Shown here: in pieces, positions 1 through 12,925 of the stretch
Layout of the letters: each line of letters begins with the position of its first letter
Numbering within the stretch: the first letter of the stretch is position 1
Source of the DNA: Octopus bimaculoides
Taxonomy: Eukaryota
Assembly (NCBI RefSeq): GCF_001194135.2
Contig: NC_068990.1
Coordinates: 43,541,034 to 43,605,033, forward strand
Reading direction: 5' to 3'
Length of the DNA: 64,000 bases
Position numbers and translations under genes: made by a program
The notes under the pieces: model-generated
What the model was told of the DNA's origin: nothing
The model's input: the letters and a program-made list of their open reading frames with translations, nothing else
Databases searched by the model: none

Positions 1-689
1 ATAGGCCTCTTAATCGTAGATTTTAAATATTTGAGAGACAACAATGCATAAATCGTAATTTTTAAAAGAGCAATGAAACCAAGGTGAATAGAATATATAA
101 GTAGCATGAATTTAGGAAGCTTAGAAAATGAATAAGTATGAATTTAAGACAAAAACTGAATTCAATTGAATTTCATGGAGAGAAACAAGATAAATAATAG
201 AGGGCAGACTAAAGCGCGAAAGGTATGAGATGTTGAGGCCGTAAATAAATAAAAATCTCTATCTTATCTGCATCTTGGAGACTTCGTCGTAGTATGTCAG
301 CGGAGAAGAGATAATTTAGAATGGATTTCTCATTTATATATACCCAGAACCTGAAAACCTTAAGGAAAAGGAATTATTTCTTGTAATTTTTCTATTCAGA
401 TTACAATAGGTGACTTGTTAAGGAACATGTCTATCTGAAAACAAGTATTGGTTTCATGTAATTGTTTAGTTTATATTCTACTAGCTTAAAATTGTTGAAC
501 CAAAATATTGTTTTTAAATCGGTGATACATTTCATTTGGGGGACAATTACTGCCAACTGAAAAAAATAATATGAATTACTACTACTAATACTACTACTCA
601 TCATAGCATCCATTTTTCTATACTTGTCAGGGTAAGACAAAATTCATTTAGGCAGATTTCTTACAGCTAGATGCTCTTCTTGTCACCAT

Positions 690-1000
690 CTTTCATTTGT
701 TTTCAACCAAGACATCACCACATGCCTATATTCCATACTGGCATGGGGTGGGTAGTTTAACAGGATCCAATGGCTCCAAGGATTGCATTGTGTCCCAGTA
801 ACTGCTTTGGCATGGTTTTCTATGGTTGGATGTCCTTCCTAACACTTAAAAGCTTTTCATTCCACCAGCACTGCTGAGATCACCATGCAGCTCACAAGAG
901 GTGGGGATTGGCTTTATGCTGGAGAACAGGAGGTTAAAATATGAGAGAAGGTGGGACAGCAGTCATAGCACATTTGTGTAGAGGGTCTGCATGGCTACTC
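690..1000 (-). mobile_element. RTE-type 3' end, degenerate, followed by purine-rich sequence to ~1450
   Basis: ttccatactggcatggggtggg...ggttggatgtccttcctaac is shared with the 16941, 46150, 49675 and 55558 copies. Confidence 0.65.
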
Positions 1001-2103
1001 ACATTTAGTAGGAGAGGGAGAGAAAGAAAAGGTAAATGATTTGTAAGAGGTGCTCAAGTGGCTGCTCAAGATACAGTGGATAGAAGTGGATGGTAGGTGG
1101 TTCGCAAGATTGTATTGGGAGCAGTAGATGAGGAGATGGGGAGGCAGCTTTGAAAATTGGGTGGGCTTGAAGGATGGATGACCAATGAATCATGAGTTGG
1201 AGAAAATGGAGTGATCCGTTGGCAATATGCTCAGGAGAATTGGCCTTGCTACCTTGTAAACAGGGTAGTGGAGAGCGACAGGTTAGTAATGATGATGCAG
1301 TTGACAAATGGAAGACAAAAGAGAGAGAGAGAAATGACATGGTTGGGTTGGCTGTGTGAGTGGAGGAGGAGATGGCAGAATGCATGATGAAAGATGATTT
1401 GACTCAGTGACTGATAAATCACTCTAACATGGGTGGAGCACAATATGCATAGAGCTTACATAACTCATTTTAGTCTAGGTAAGCAGATCATGAACCTCAT
1501 ATTACCAGACATCTCAGCCCTTTAATCCTTGGAAAACAAATAGCACAATGGCTGAAAATGTATTTATAGAAGATTGCAAACAAATGTATGAATGAGCGAC
1601 ATGTCAGAACAAGGACATTGAACACGTATGCACACATGCACATTTCCATTTATTAATTTATGTCTATCAAAGACACTTGTCCAGGTGCCTTAAAATTGTT
1701 CAACCAAAATAGTTTTTTAATAGCATTATTGATTTAAATTACAGTGACAGTACATTTCATCTTTTTAAAATTCTTTAGAAAAGTATAAAAGTTCCTGTTT
1801 GTGGGCATTTTGAGCCTTTAACTTACTAACCCACTTCCTATCTGCCTTCACAAAATACACTTTGCTTTAGAAAGAATTCACTACAACCCATATACATTTA
1901 TTTGATTGCTGTTGTACAAATGATTTCCCCACCCTCTTTTGATATTTCACTTCCATCTTGTCAGCTACTCAGTAGATACATACTTCAACATGTCTTAGGG
2001 AAATATTCAGGGACAGTTATGTTTCAGCAGTTAGTAGGTCAGAAAGGTGATCATGACAACAAATTCAGTAGTTTCCATTCTCAATATGGCTGTGTATTCA
2101 AAT

Positions 2104-2489
2104 GTTGTTGGCACTCCTTCGCTTACAACGTCGAGGGTTCCAGTTGATCCGATCAACGGAACAGCCTGCTCGTGAAATTAACGTGCAAGTGGCTGAGCAC
2201 TCCACAGACACGTGTACCCTTAATGTAGTTCTCAGGGGATATTCAGCATGACATAGTGTAACAAGGCTGACCCTTTGAACTACAGGCACCAACAGAAACA
2301 GGAACTAAGAGTGAGAGAAAGTTGTGGTGAAAGAGTACAGCAGGGTTCACCACCATCCCCTGCCGGAGCCTCGTGGAGCTTTAGGTGTTTTCGCTCAATA
2401 AACACTCACAACGCCCGGTCTGGGAATCGAAACCGCAATCCTATGACCGCGAGTCTGCTGCCCTAATCACTGGGCCATTGCGCCTCCAC
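2104..2489 (-). mobile_element. Young tRNA-derived SINE, family C (possibly tRNA-Arg related, OR-like), full length
   Basis: Minus-strand head has an A box (TGGCCCAGTG) and B box (GGTTTCGATTCC), with a (CAA)n tail. TSD tgtgtattcaaat/tatgtattctaat at 2091-2103 and 2490-2502. Near-identical to 13359-13747. Confidence 0.9.
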
Positions 2490-3836
2490 TATGTATTCTA
2501 ATACAAATGTACGAAAAATGTTAAGACATATGCATGCATTACTAGCCTTATATCATCCTTAAATATGGATAATTTTTATATATATATATATATATATGTA
2601 TAGCTTACTACTCGCTTGCTTGCAGTTGGCTATTGAATTCAATTGATGACCATCCTCTCTTTGAATTCTGGATCCTTTGCTGGTTGCTCTTCTTAAAGAG
2701 CAGTAGCAACAGAAGATACAGTTGTGTGGGCAACCAAGGAATCTCACCTGCTTGTGGTACACCTACCTTGTGTCTTGATGACTGAGGAAAATACTGATGT
2801 GGTGGAATTTCATCATCAAGAGATGTACATGATGCCCTGACTGCTACAAGCACCACAATCAAGCTTTCTAGAGTTGTTGAGGTACACATTTCCCAATATC
2901 ACTATTTTCAATGTGGCAAGGAAGATTCCAGACCACTGGGACCTCCTCTCAGGAGGCTACTGAAAATGCAGTCTGTTAGAAACAGCCTTAATTCCAACTG
3001 CCACAGCTTATTTTCCTGTAACCTTTACCGTTCTACAATCATGCTCAAGTGTGCATACATGCATATATATTATGACCTCTTCTTACTGTGAACAGCCAAA
3101 CTTAGTCATAGCTCGCCTTACTGGAGAGAATAGCCATTATCTTTGTCATAACTTGTTCTGGGATTTATGGTTTTTATAACTACATAACTTACTCTATCAT
3201 GTGTTCTGATGATCAATGTCAAATTGAATATAACTTCGAAAATTTTACTAACAGCAATATTGACAATATTGAAGAAAATACTTCACAGTAAATAATCTGG
3301 TATTGATTTGTGAGATTATGAAGCTGAAGATAGACAACAGCAACCACAGTACTGTAAGAAATATTAAAGAGACTTGAGTCTAGCGACACTTCAGCTAATG
3401 TTGCTGAATGGACATAAATCTTACTCTAACTATTTTATCCGATTTTTCTTCTGATATTGATCCTAATTTCAATCGACCAGGTTATTTTTTTAAAATTTAT
3501 TTCTCTTGAAATTAATGGTAACTGGAACGATAAAACTGAGCCAGGAATAATACTAATGTATGCCTGCTCACTTGATTAGATGAAATGTTGTCATATATAT
3601 GCATGAAAATTTTCACATGACTGCAAGAATGGCCAAAAATAAACAATTATCGGAAAGTATTTAATACATTGGCATAGTAATATCACCAAACTTTAAATAG
3701 TGATTGTTTTATGTCAGCAATACACTATTTTCATCTGAGGGATACTTCCGTGATGATACTACAAATGATGGCTCAGTGTGTGTGTGTGTGTGTGTGTGTG
3801 AACAAATTCTAAATTAATAGTTAGTATTGTAATATA

Positions 3837-3922
3837 CAAGGGGTGTATGAAAAGTCTTAAGCCTCAAAAAAACAAAACATGGTACAAGACTTCAAGGCTC
3901 AAAACTTTTCATACACCCCTCT
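3837..3922. mobile_element. 86-bp Tc1/mariner-type MITE
   Basis: Terminal inverted repeats aggggtgtatgaaaagt/acttttcatacacccct, extending to ~30 bp with few mismatches. Flanked by TA at 3835-36 and 3923-24. Confidence 0.75.
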
Positions 3923-4499
3923 TATATGATATTATAAGCACCAATTTTAGATATTTATCTTAAATTATGTAATGTTATATTAATTTCATTGCTTGACAAT
4001 TCCGGCAAGTGTCTTCTATTAATGCTATTAATGCTTCATGTCAACCAATTCCTTGTGAGTGAAATTGGTTGAAAGAGACAACATGGAAGCCCTCCATATA
4101 TGTCTACATGCATGAAAGTCATCAGTTCCACTGCTCACAAAATCATCTGAGTGAAAAATACATTGCATAACTTGGGCACTCTTATAGGTAGTAGAAAAAA
4201 AAGCTTCCTTGTAAATTAGTAATTGGTTTAAGACAAGAACATCTAGCCATAAAAATACTGCCTGAAATAAGTACTCGTATAACCTGTGGATAACCTCCAT
4301 GTAAATTACCATCCCATATAGAAATCTTTCTGCTGATAAATATGTGACTGTATTTAAGGGTAGCTTCTACCTGTACATGCCAGGAAAGTGACCATAGGCA
4401 GTATAAAATTATTGACTGTTAATTTAACTGATATTGTTACAAAAGTAATATTAGAAGTTTGTTTTTTCTTTGTTTTCTTTTTTTTTTTTTTTTTTTTAA

Positions 4500-4947
4500 N
4501 NNNNNNNNNNNNNNNNNNNNNNNNNNNNNNNNNNNNNNNNNNNNNNNNNNNNNNNNNNNNNNNNNNNNNNNNNNNNNNNNNNNNNNNNNNNNNNNNNNNN
4601 NNNNNNNNNNNNNNNNNNNNNNNNNNNNNNNNNNNNNNNNNNNNNNNNNNNNNNNNNNNNNNNNNNNNNNNNNNNNNNNNNNNNNNNNNNNNNNNNNNNN
4701 NNNNNNNNNNNNNNNNNNNNNNNNNNNNNNNNNNNNNNNNNNNNNNNNNNNNNNNNNNNNNNNNNNNNNNNNNNNNNNNNNNNNNNNNNNNNNNNNNNNN
4801 NNNNNNNNNNNNNNNNNNNNNNNNNNNNNNNNNNNNNNNNNNNNNNNNNNNNNNNNNNNNNNNNNNNNNNNNNNNNNNNNNNNNNNNNNNNNNNNNNNNN
4901 NNNNNNNNNNNNNNNNNNNNNNNNNNNNNNNNNNNNNNNNNNNNNNN
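4500..4947. other. Assembly gap (448 N) flanked by poly-T
   Basis: Run of N. Confidence 1.
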
Positions 4948-6240
4948 CTTTTTTTTTTTTTTTTTTTTATATGTTTGGGTCGTTGATTTAAGTAAAAGTA
5001 ATGGGCAGATATTTTTTATGATCAGAATATGTTTCTTCAACCAAACAATTGCTCACACTTGTTCAACCAGTTTTTACAAGGCTGAAAATTTTATTTTAGT
5101 TTTATTGTATTATCTGATCTACAGTTTGCTAATTCAAACATATTATCACTTTATTTCTTGTTGATCTATATAAGGCTACACATGGCAGCCATGTACAAGG
5201 AAATAAGTAAATCACAAGAAGTGAAGGGCAACAAATACAGTTGATGGGTGTGTTGTTAAAGCAATGCACATGGTATGGCAGGTGACATGTGAACTGAAAA
5301 GTGCAATAGGAAGGATTCGTTAGACACTGATATATTCAGAATAGTGTCCTCATTTTGGTTGTTATAGCCACAATGTTTCAGCCATTGTATCTTCTGGCCT
5401 GCCTCTGGGGCCTGTTATATTCAGTATTGTTCCCAGAATTTCAAACCAAGAGTTGTGGACTGGCAATGTGACAGTATGTAGAGAGATGAAAGTGAAGGCA
5501 ATGGAGTGTATGTGTGTGGTGAGAGATTCAAGCTGGAAAGCTGGAGATGAGTTGTGAGTGAGATGATAGTATCTGTAGAAGGGTTTGGAACCAGAAACAT
5601 GATATATGAGACCTGTCTTTGAGACATGAGCATGTAGTACATAGTTCTTTCTTAAATTTGTTAATATTATAGCTTTGGTGTTAAACGTCACCGAGTTGAA
5701 CCTTCATTAGAAAACATTAAACATTCCCATTGGCGCAAGATATGCTGGACATGATGTGGCATGTAAAGATGAAAATTATGACATCAACTTAAAAATGTAT
5801 GAAGTTCATTATGATTGACAGAAAGAAATTTGAAATCTTAACCCTTTTGTTATCATAAAAAGTTTTTGTCAGAACCTGGAGCAGTCTTAGGCGGATTGGT
5901 ATCAAAAGGGTTTACAGGTCTGTTGTAATTTAAGAATTTATTGAATGACGATTGGAATGGTAAAATTAGCAGAGGCATCTGGTTCTTGATGCTTTCTGGT
6001 TACTATTTAGCACATGCTAAGTTCTGGGTTTCCTTGCTAACATGACGACCATATTGATGTGTTTTACCAAATTCATGTGTATCTTTCCTGCCGATGTACT
6101 TTGGTTTGGCTCTTTGTTGTGTTGGCTTAAACCCTAGTAACCTATGGCTGTCACCTTAGCTTAAAATTTCATTTTTTATCAAAATGCTACCATAGCCTTT
6201 GTAATAGATTTGGTGGGGTATACCAAAAACTTTACGATTG

Positions 6241-6750
6241 CAGGCATAGCTGTGTAGTCGAGAAGTTTTGCTTTGTAACTATGCGGTTTCAAGTTCAGTC
6301 CCACTGTGTGGTACCTTGGGCAAATGCCTCTTACTGTTATAACCTCAGCTGGACAAAGACATGTCAGTGAATTTGGTTAATGGAAACTCAAAAGAAAAAA
6401 AAAAATGTACTGTTTGTGTGTGTGTGCCCATGTGTCTCACCCTGACATTGTGTTAAATGTAAACAAATATGATGATACAATGTTGTTTGTTTGCAATCTT
6501 TCATGAGGAAATGTCCAGACTTGGGAGAAATATCACCTTGTTTTGGAAAGGTAACTAGAAGAACCATAAAAAAAAATTGTCTCAAAGAATTTTGTCTAAC
6601 CCAGGGGTTCTCAACCATTTTTTTTACTATGGATCTCTTTCATTCCTATTTTACTCAGATGGACCCTCATGGCAACAAAACTCTTACATGGATCCCAGTT
6701 GAAAACCACTGGTCTAACCATGCAAGTGTGGAAAAGAAAACCTTAAAATA
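6241..6750 (+). mobile_element. SINE family A head with RTE-like tail, interrupted by the hAT MITE
   Basis: Head aggcatagctgtgtag...caagttcagtcccactg. Tail ...gtctaacc|MITE|atgcaagtgtggaaaag. Same layout as 45445-45800. Confidence 0.7.
6602..6711. mobile_element. hAT-type MITE inserted in a SINE tail
   Basis: TIRs caggggttctcaacc / agttgaaaaccactg, with a perfect 8-bp TSD gtctaacc (6594-6601, 6712-6719). Confidence 0.85.
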
Positions 6751-7146
6751 GTATTGGTAACAGTAGCAGCACCCATGCTGAAGCTTAGAGACAGAATGGC
6801 TTTTTGGTTTGAGGATTCATTATGTATTCTTAGTTCTATTTGCTTCAGTTGAACCTAATAGAGAGTTAGTACTAGGCCTTCTAGATTACATTAAAATACT
6901 GACTACCTTCTTCAGATCTGTTTATTATATGCTTAATGCTACAGAAAACTAGGTTAGGGGCCTGTTGTATAGACACTTCTAATTTGTGAAGAGGTTAACT
7001 AATTTGACTACACTGGAGTGTCTGTACTTTTTCAGCTTCCCCTCATTTCTTTTTAATGCTTATTTTCATTATTATGCCATATCCTAAGGTCAGTTTAGTT
7101 TTTGCTCTATGTTCTCTTGAAGTCGATATAATCAACCATACTCCTC

Positions 7147-7150
<4 letters not shown>

Positions 7151-7204
<54 letters not shown>
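7151..7204. repeat. (CA)n microsatellite
   Basis: Direct. Other microsatellites: (TA)n ~2577-2597, 29572-29607, 51748-51770; (TG)n ~3777-3800, 25964-25990; (TC)n ~11795-11827, 14266-14300, 20775-20813, 35120-35163, 40125-40282; (AG)n ~23872-23893; (TAA)n ~12924-12948. Confidence 0.95.
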
Positions 7205-7207
<3 letters not shown>

Positions 7208-9772
7208 TTGTGTGTTTATTCTAAGAAATCAATATTAGTGTGTCATTTGCTTCATTTTATTTTTCTCTTGTATTGATTTTTTTTTTCTTTTAGTTGTGTT
7301 GTTTGATGTTAGTCTGCGTCAGTTTATTTTTAATTGGTATCTATTAGAAGTTTAGTAGAAACCACCCTATTTTGATTACAGCATATTGAAGTTAGTCAAA
7401 GATGACTACCATGAAATTTCTTAACCCCCAAATTAGTTAAGCAACTGGAGATCTCTGAAGACTTAGCTTATTATGATAGTAAATTCTCTTAATATTGCTG
7501 TTTGAAATTTCTGTTGTTTATTTAATGTTAAATGCCAAAGCCCATGAGCTTTGGTAACCTGTGTTATGGAAAATAAAAGTAGGGGGTTTAAAAAAGCACT
7601 CCCACTAATTAAGTGCTTATATTTCTTGTGTAGACATATTTTATATAAATCCTGTTTGTTTAACTCATCAGAATGCCCTATCTAATTCAATAGATCTGGG
7701 ACAAGGATGTTTATATATCTTGTCTCATGCTCTGATTAGTGAAATAATTCAAACATGCACACAAACACACTTGGACATCAAGTTTAATCTATGATAGTGA
7801 GTTAGAGTGAATTGAAATAACAACAAATAGACAGTTGTTAATATTGATAAGAGTTAGTGTGTATAATATATCTATATTTGGATCTTTCACACGTGATGAT
7901 CTTGTTTTCATCCAATACTCTCCTTTGATACTCTCATCTATTCCCCTAATCATAGCACTGGATATCTGTATTCAATACACTGTCATTAGCTTTCCTCTTC
8001 AAGTCACTCTTTCTTGATGTGTATCACTGTCTTATCATTTTCTATCCATCTTTCTCTCTCCTCATTGACATATATTACTCTGTTTCCATTACTCCATCAC
8101 TCTGCCCCCATGATACTGTTCATGTTTTTACTCAATCCCCTTAGCACTCAAAATGTACTTGCCATTACTCATTGTCTTCCGTCACAGCATCTTCTACCAC
8201 CAAACTCTCTCTTATCTCATCTTACCCTAGTTCTCCTTCTGTTGTCACACTCTTCTATTCACCTTTTTGAAGACATTGAAAAGTAGTGAGAATATTTTTA
8301 GTCTTTTAAGGAGCAAGGCGTCCTCTATAGTTAGGGGTGCCACAATAAAATGCACCCAGTACACTGTAGAATGGTTGGCATTAAGCGGTATTAGCTCTAA
8401 ATAAGAATTGACTCAAATTGTGACAACATCTCCAACTCAACAGTGTGGAAAGCAGACATACAATAGTAATGATTAGTTTAAAGCTCTAAAAGTTACATTT
8501 AGTTATCACTTTTCCCAGTGATTATGTTTGCATATATGTCCCTTTTGAAATATTCTCTTTCCCTGGTGGATAGTTGTACAAAGTAGGAGTGTAATGAATA
8601 CAAGAGTTATACATGAACTACTTAAAGTTTTGTGCATGGATAATGTAGTCATCAAACTGGTGTGTATGATCTAGCAATTAATTGTTCAGGCTCAAATGAT
8701 GTGACTACTCCAAGAAAATGTTAAGAAAAAGCAAATAATTCAATTCATAGAATCTAGCTTATGTCCCTTTAACTTGTTAAATAAAGAATATTGTTAATGT
8801 TGAGTGTTTACAGTTAGCACTACAGACTGCAAATTCCTGCCCACTTGGCCAGGCATGCACGGTTAGCTCAGTCATCTTCAAAACCAATGTTACTTCCATT
8901 CCATCAAATAAGCAAATCAGGAGAAAATATAATATATTGGACTGTGCAAAAGTGACTTCAGAAAGAGATATGCCAAGTACATAGACAAGAGAAGCACAAA
9001 GTTTGCTAGGTTTTTTTGGGGGGGTTTTTTTTTTACACCTTCTTAATACTTTATCTCACATGGTGCCTTTTGAGCTTTGGGCAATTGCCATATAATGCAT
9101 GGTATATTATAGAAGCTCAATCAATTACTATACTATCCAAGCATGAAACTTGAAGTAGCTGATGTAAAACTCTTGTACTTATTAAATGATATTTATCTCT
9201 CACTGAATAGAATATTGTTTGCTAATCCTATAAACATTGTGTGTGTGTATTAGCCAATCAAATTCCTATTTTCACATTTTGCTTTTGTATATTTAAATTT
9301 TTAGAAGTATTTTCGTGCTTTATAAGTCTGATATTGGCATTAACAAACTAGCTGGTATAGCTAGTGGATATACTCTATAAATAACTTTCAATTGTACAAC
9401 AGTTTTTGAGTGAACATTATTTTTACCAGATATATTCAAAATATTATTCTCCTGTTACAGATAACTAATTTCATGTTTATTACACTCTTCAGGTAAACGT
9501 TTGCAAAACAACTGCCTAGTTGGTGTTGCTGTGCAGTTAAGGGAAAATAATCTTAAAATTGATGTCTGTATTAGAACAAGGTTTGAATAAAATTAAATTA
9601 AAATTGAAGTCAGTATTATTATTTACTAGACTACCCGTGACGTGTTGGGTCACTGAGAAACTGAGTTTCCCAGCAATGTAGTTTTGTTTCGTGGGTTTTT
9701 TTTCCAGGTTATTTCGCATGCTTTCAACGAATGTGACATCAAAATCACATGTAAACGGCTCCCTAGAAAAGG

Positions 9773-9891
9773 AAAGATTTGGCTGCTATTTTTTGCATGC
9801 CCTGCTACTATGTAACAGGTATTACAGGTCCTTTATCACAAATAGCTGTTACATGGTAGCAGGGCATGCTAGAAATAGCAGTCAAATCTTT
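9773..9891 (+). repeat. Near-perfect inverted repeat (46-bp arms, 27-nt loop)
   Basis: Arms 9773-9818 and 9846-9891. As + strand RNA they form 42 Watson-Crick pairs, 3 G-U pairs and 1 U-U mismatch (checked by hand). Confidence 0.95.
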
Positions 9892-10291
9892 GGCGGTGAG
9901 ATATGTTGAATGCACTCAAAAAATCCAATGGAGAAAAACTATTTCATACCAAGGCTACCATATTTTTAAAGTCATTTTTACTTTAAAGTATTTTTTAGAT
10001 ATGCCAAAAAAAAATTTTGTAATGGTACTCACTTGAAAATAATTTCTAAAAACATTAAAATATTGTCTGTTTAAAGAAAGCTAAAATATAAATACTTACT
10101 GTGCAAACAACTTAGATTTTTGAAATCACATTCACTTAAAAATATTTCTAAATGATTAAAATATTGTGTTTAACAAAAGCAAACAAACCATGCCCCGGAA
10201 CTTTTCAGCTTTTCTTTTCTACCTGCACAGTTGATGCACCTTTTCTCCAAGGACATTAAACTACTCTACACAGTCATGTACAGCAATGTCC

Positions 10292-10496
10292 TATCACTCC
10301 TTAACCCTTTTGTTACCATATTTCTGTTTAAATATAACAAACAATTTAGTAAAATAACTTGGTTATCATTAAGCTAGTGTTAGGAACATTGTGACTAAGG
10401 CTTGGTGGAAGATTTTAATTCAGAACTTTTGTAAACAAGAGATTTGTACTACAGAGTCAAAGGTGGTTTCCGTGAGGTTGATATCAAAAGGGTCAA
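10292..10496. mobile_element. piggyBac-like MITE (TTAA-bounded)
   Basis: ttaacccttttgttacc...gatatcaaaagggtcaa. A shorter relative lies at ~5859-5914. Confidence 0.6.
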
Positions 10497-10619
10497 GCAC
10501 TTCCTAGACTTATACCCCCCATTTCTATCCAGCACTAAATAACTCTTCTGCTTAACTGAACTCATCCCAACCTTTAATTGCTTTTCTTTCTCTGGAGAAT
10601 TTTTACAAACAAGATAGCA

Positions 10620-11700
10620 GGGTTGCTATAGAAACCAAGATAGACCTAATTAGGCCACATTGAAGTGCAAATATTTACTCACTTCCCAAGATTATCCCAG
10701 AGTTGTATTGACAGCTTTGTCAGTGCTACCACCCTCATCAGACAACAGCTCAATAGGTTCATTCTTCCATTAACTCCTTTCACCTTGCCCTGGAATTTAT
10801 CTCCATCATATCTGATACCTTTGCTAGTTCTATCAACTTTTCCATCTCTTTCTGCACCATTCACAATATTGACCTATCCACCACTGTCCACTATAAACAT
10901 GCTGATTCTGCTCTTCCTCTCACCGCAAGCACACTAAATCTGCCATAACATTCTCTCAATTCCTCCTGTTTTACCATCTCAGCAGCATTAATTCATATTT
11001 GAAAAAGAAAAAGGGAAGAACAATGGTGTATCAAAGGTACTCTTGATCAATTGTGCCTCCTTCACTCTGTGAGGCCCAGTCCATCAACTATTTCACAGCT
11101 TTCATACCTACCCAGACACCAGATTTCATTCACCTACCATTTCAGTAAAACGCACAATCATCTGCAACTTTCAAATCCTACTCCCCCCCCCCAAAAAAAA
11201 CTACTTTGTCCTTGCACCATCTCTCTTTGCCTTCAACAAAGATAAGAACTTCACCAACTTCCTAGCTAGAAGCTCCAAAGTGCCCAGCCATACGCAACCA
11301 GATACTTTTAAATGTGCTTGCCAATGTTTGCAATACCTATCCCTACACTAACAACACAACCACCATCACCGGACCTAAGTCACAATACCACATTACTTTT
11401 GCTGCACAATTTCCAACCTCATATATTGCTTCAACTACAAACTCTGTGGTGCATTTTACATTTGGGAAAATGGGTCATTGCTTTGATGACTGCAAACATA
11501 CATGAAGCACACTACAATGTATGCCAAGCCGACTGTGGCCTCCCACTTCAACACAATGAACCATTCCATTATCCATTTATCAGTGTGCAGCATCTCTGCA
11601 TATCATGGTTCCACATAAAGGAAATGGAAAAACACTTCATATTCAAACTCAAAACCATGCCACTAACAAGTTTAAATAAACACTTTCTGTTCCTTTACTC
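10620..11700 (+). mobile_element. Decayed Penelope-like retroelement (RT C-terminus plus GIY-YIG endonuclease)
   Basis: Frameshifted peptides CIDSFVSATT, NSFHLALEF, STTVHYKHADS, SSSHRKHTKSAITFSQFL, TITGPKSQYHI, CTISNLIYC, VASHFN and EKHFIFKLKTM occur in the order expected for PLE RT/GIY-YIG. Confidence 0.8.
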
Positions 11701-11791
11701 TCATCTTATTTCAGTAATTCCATTTTTAACCTTCAGCTTCTTCTCACCTTAATTTTTCCCTCCACCTTGCCTGCTTCTCCTCCTTTTTTCA

Positions 11792-11827
<36 letters not shown>

Positions 11828-12413
11828 ATTACTACTTCCCTGTCTACATACACAAGCTCATATCTTGGTCTCAATTGTTGCTAGTTGCTCAGATAGAGAA
11901 TGTGTAAAACTGTTGTTTTTCCTCTTTTTCCTTACAACGATTTTACCCTTTAGAAGGACTAGTTGAAACATTGACTTCTCCACTGCCCATGGCAATTTCA
12001 CTGTACTTTTTCTATCACTTCTACAAGTCTCTTTGGATTCCATTTCATCTTTTATGCATCATGCATTATCTATGTACACATGCACGTGTGTACACACACA
12101 TTACTTCTAATGTCTTTTGTTTCTACAGCTTTTGACAAACTAATCAGTCAGTCAGCTCTATAATATTTTTGTTATTTCTGCTTAATGTTTGTGTCATTTC
12201 TGAAAGCTAAACTCTTATGAGATTCACTTTAGCTCAATATTGTCAGAGATTAAATTTGTTCTGTTTGTTTCTTCCATGTACTTTTCACCATTCTCTCCAA
12301 CCATTTGAAACAGGAATGGTAGTGTACCTTGTCTTTTGCTGTCTTCAGCTAATGGCTCTATAACTAAGTATTTAAATATTGATTGAGTCTTTATTTGTTT
12401 TATCTCTTGTTAG

Positions 12414-12517
12414 GTTTCAGAAGTACGTCTTTTTGAAAATGGAATTGAACCAGATATTTTCATCGCTATCTGTGAATGGCCTGCTGATAGATCCAAAATA
12501 TTGGTGTATGGACATAG
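12414..12517 (+). CDS. DCAF15: DCAF15 orthologue, first visible coding exon (VSEVRLFENGIEPDIFIAICEWPADRSKILVYGH)
   Basis: Splice sites ttgttag| and |gtgagt. Phase 0 to 2, 104 nt. Matches recalled human DCAF15 [35 protein letters not shown]. Confidence 0.92.
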
Positions 12518-12699
12518 GTGAGTTATTTGATCTTTTTTTTATTACTGGAATTCGTTCTATGGTCATGTTGATACTTTTAAAGTAGTTGGACTGGAAAATA
12601 CGTATGAACATTATGCTCTAGCTACTCTCCATTCACTATTACATTGGAAAATTTCTTATAAAACACTGCTGCTATTACTAGTACTACTATTACTAATAA

Positions 12700-12925
12700 T
12701 AATAATAATAATCTTTTCTACTATAGGCACAAGGCCTAATGTTTTGGGGGAGAGGGACTAGTCGATTACATCAACTCCAGTGTTTCACTTAATTTATCGA
12801 CCCCCAATAGGATAAAAGGAAAAATCGACCTTGACGGAATTTGAACTCAGAACATAAAGCAGACACAATACCACCGAGCATTTCACCCGGCATGCTAACA
12901 ATTCTGCCAGCTCACTGCCTTAAAA
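12700..12925 (-). mobile_element. tRNA-derived SINE family B
   Basis: Reverse complement reads gcagtgagctggcagaattgttagc...gagttcaaattcc (B box), with an (ATT)n tail. Confidence 0.8.

Noticed and set aside
175-310. Small CpG cluster and a 16-codon ATG...AAG|gtatga mini-exon
   Set aside because: No similarity to the DCAF15 N-terminus, and too short to support a promoter or first-exon call.
2400-2489. tRNA-like sequences with A/B boxes (also the heads of SINE families A and B)
   Set aside because: These are SINE heads with bodies, tails and TSDs, not complete cloverleaf tRNA genes.
3200-3245. CTGATGA...CGAAA spacing suggestive of a hammerhead ribozyme
   Set aside because: No pairing stems I-III can be drawn.
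4354-5164. Long ORFs in the track spanning N runs (also 39967-40316)
   Set aside because: Artefacts of assembly gaps and microsatellites.
12421-12517. Alternative acceptor 7 nt downstream (gtttcag|aag)
   Set aside because: It would shift phase and drop the conserved V-x-x-VRLF start. 12414 fits the homology.
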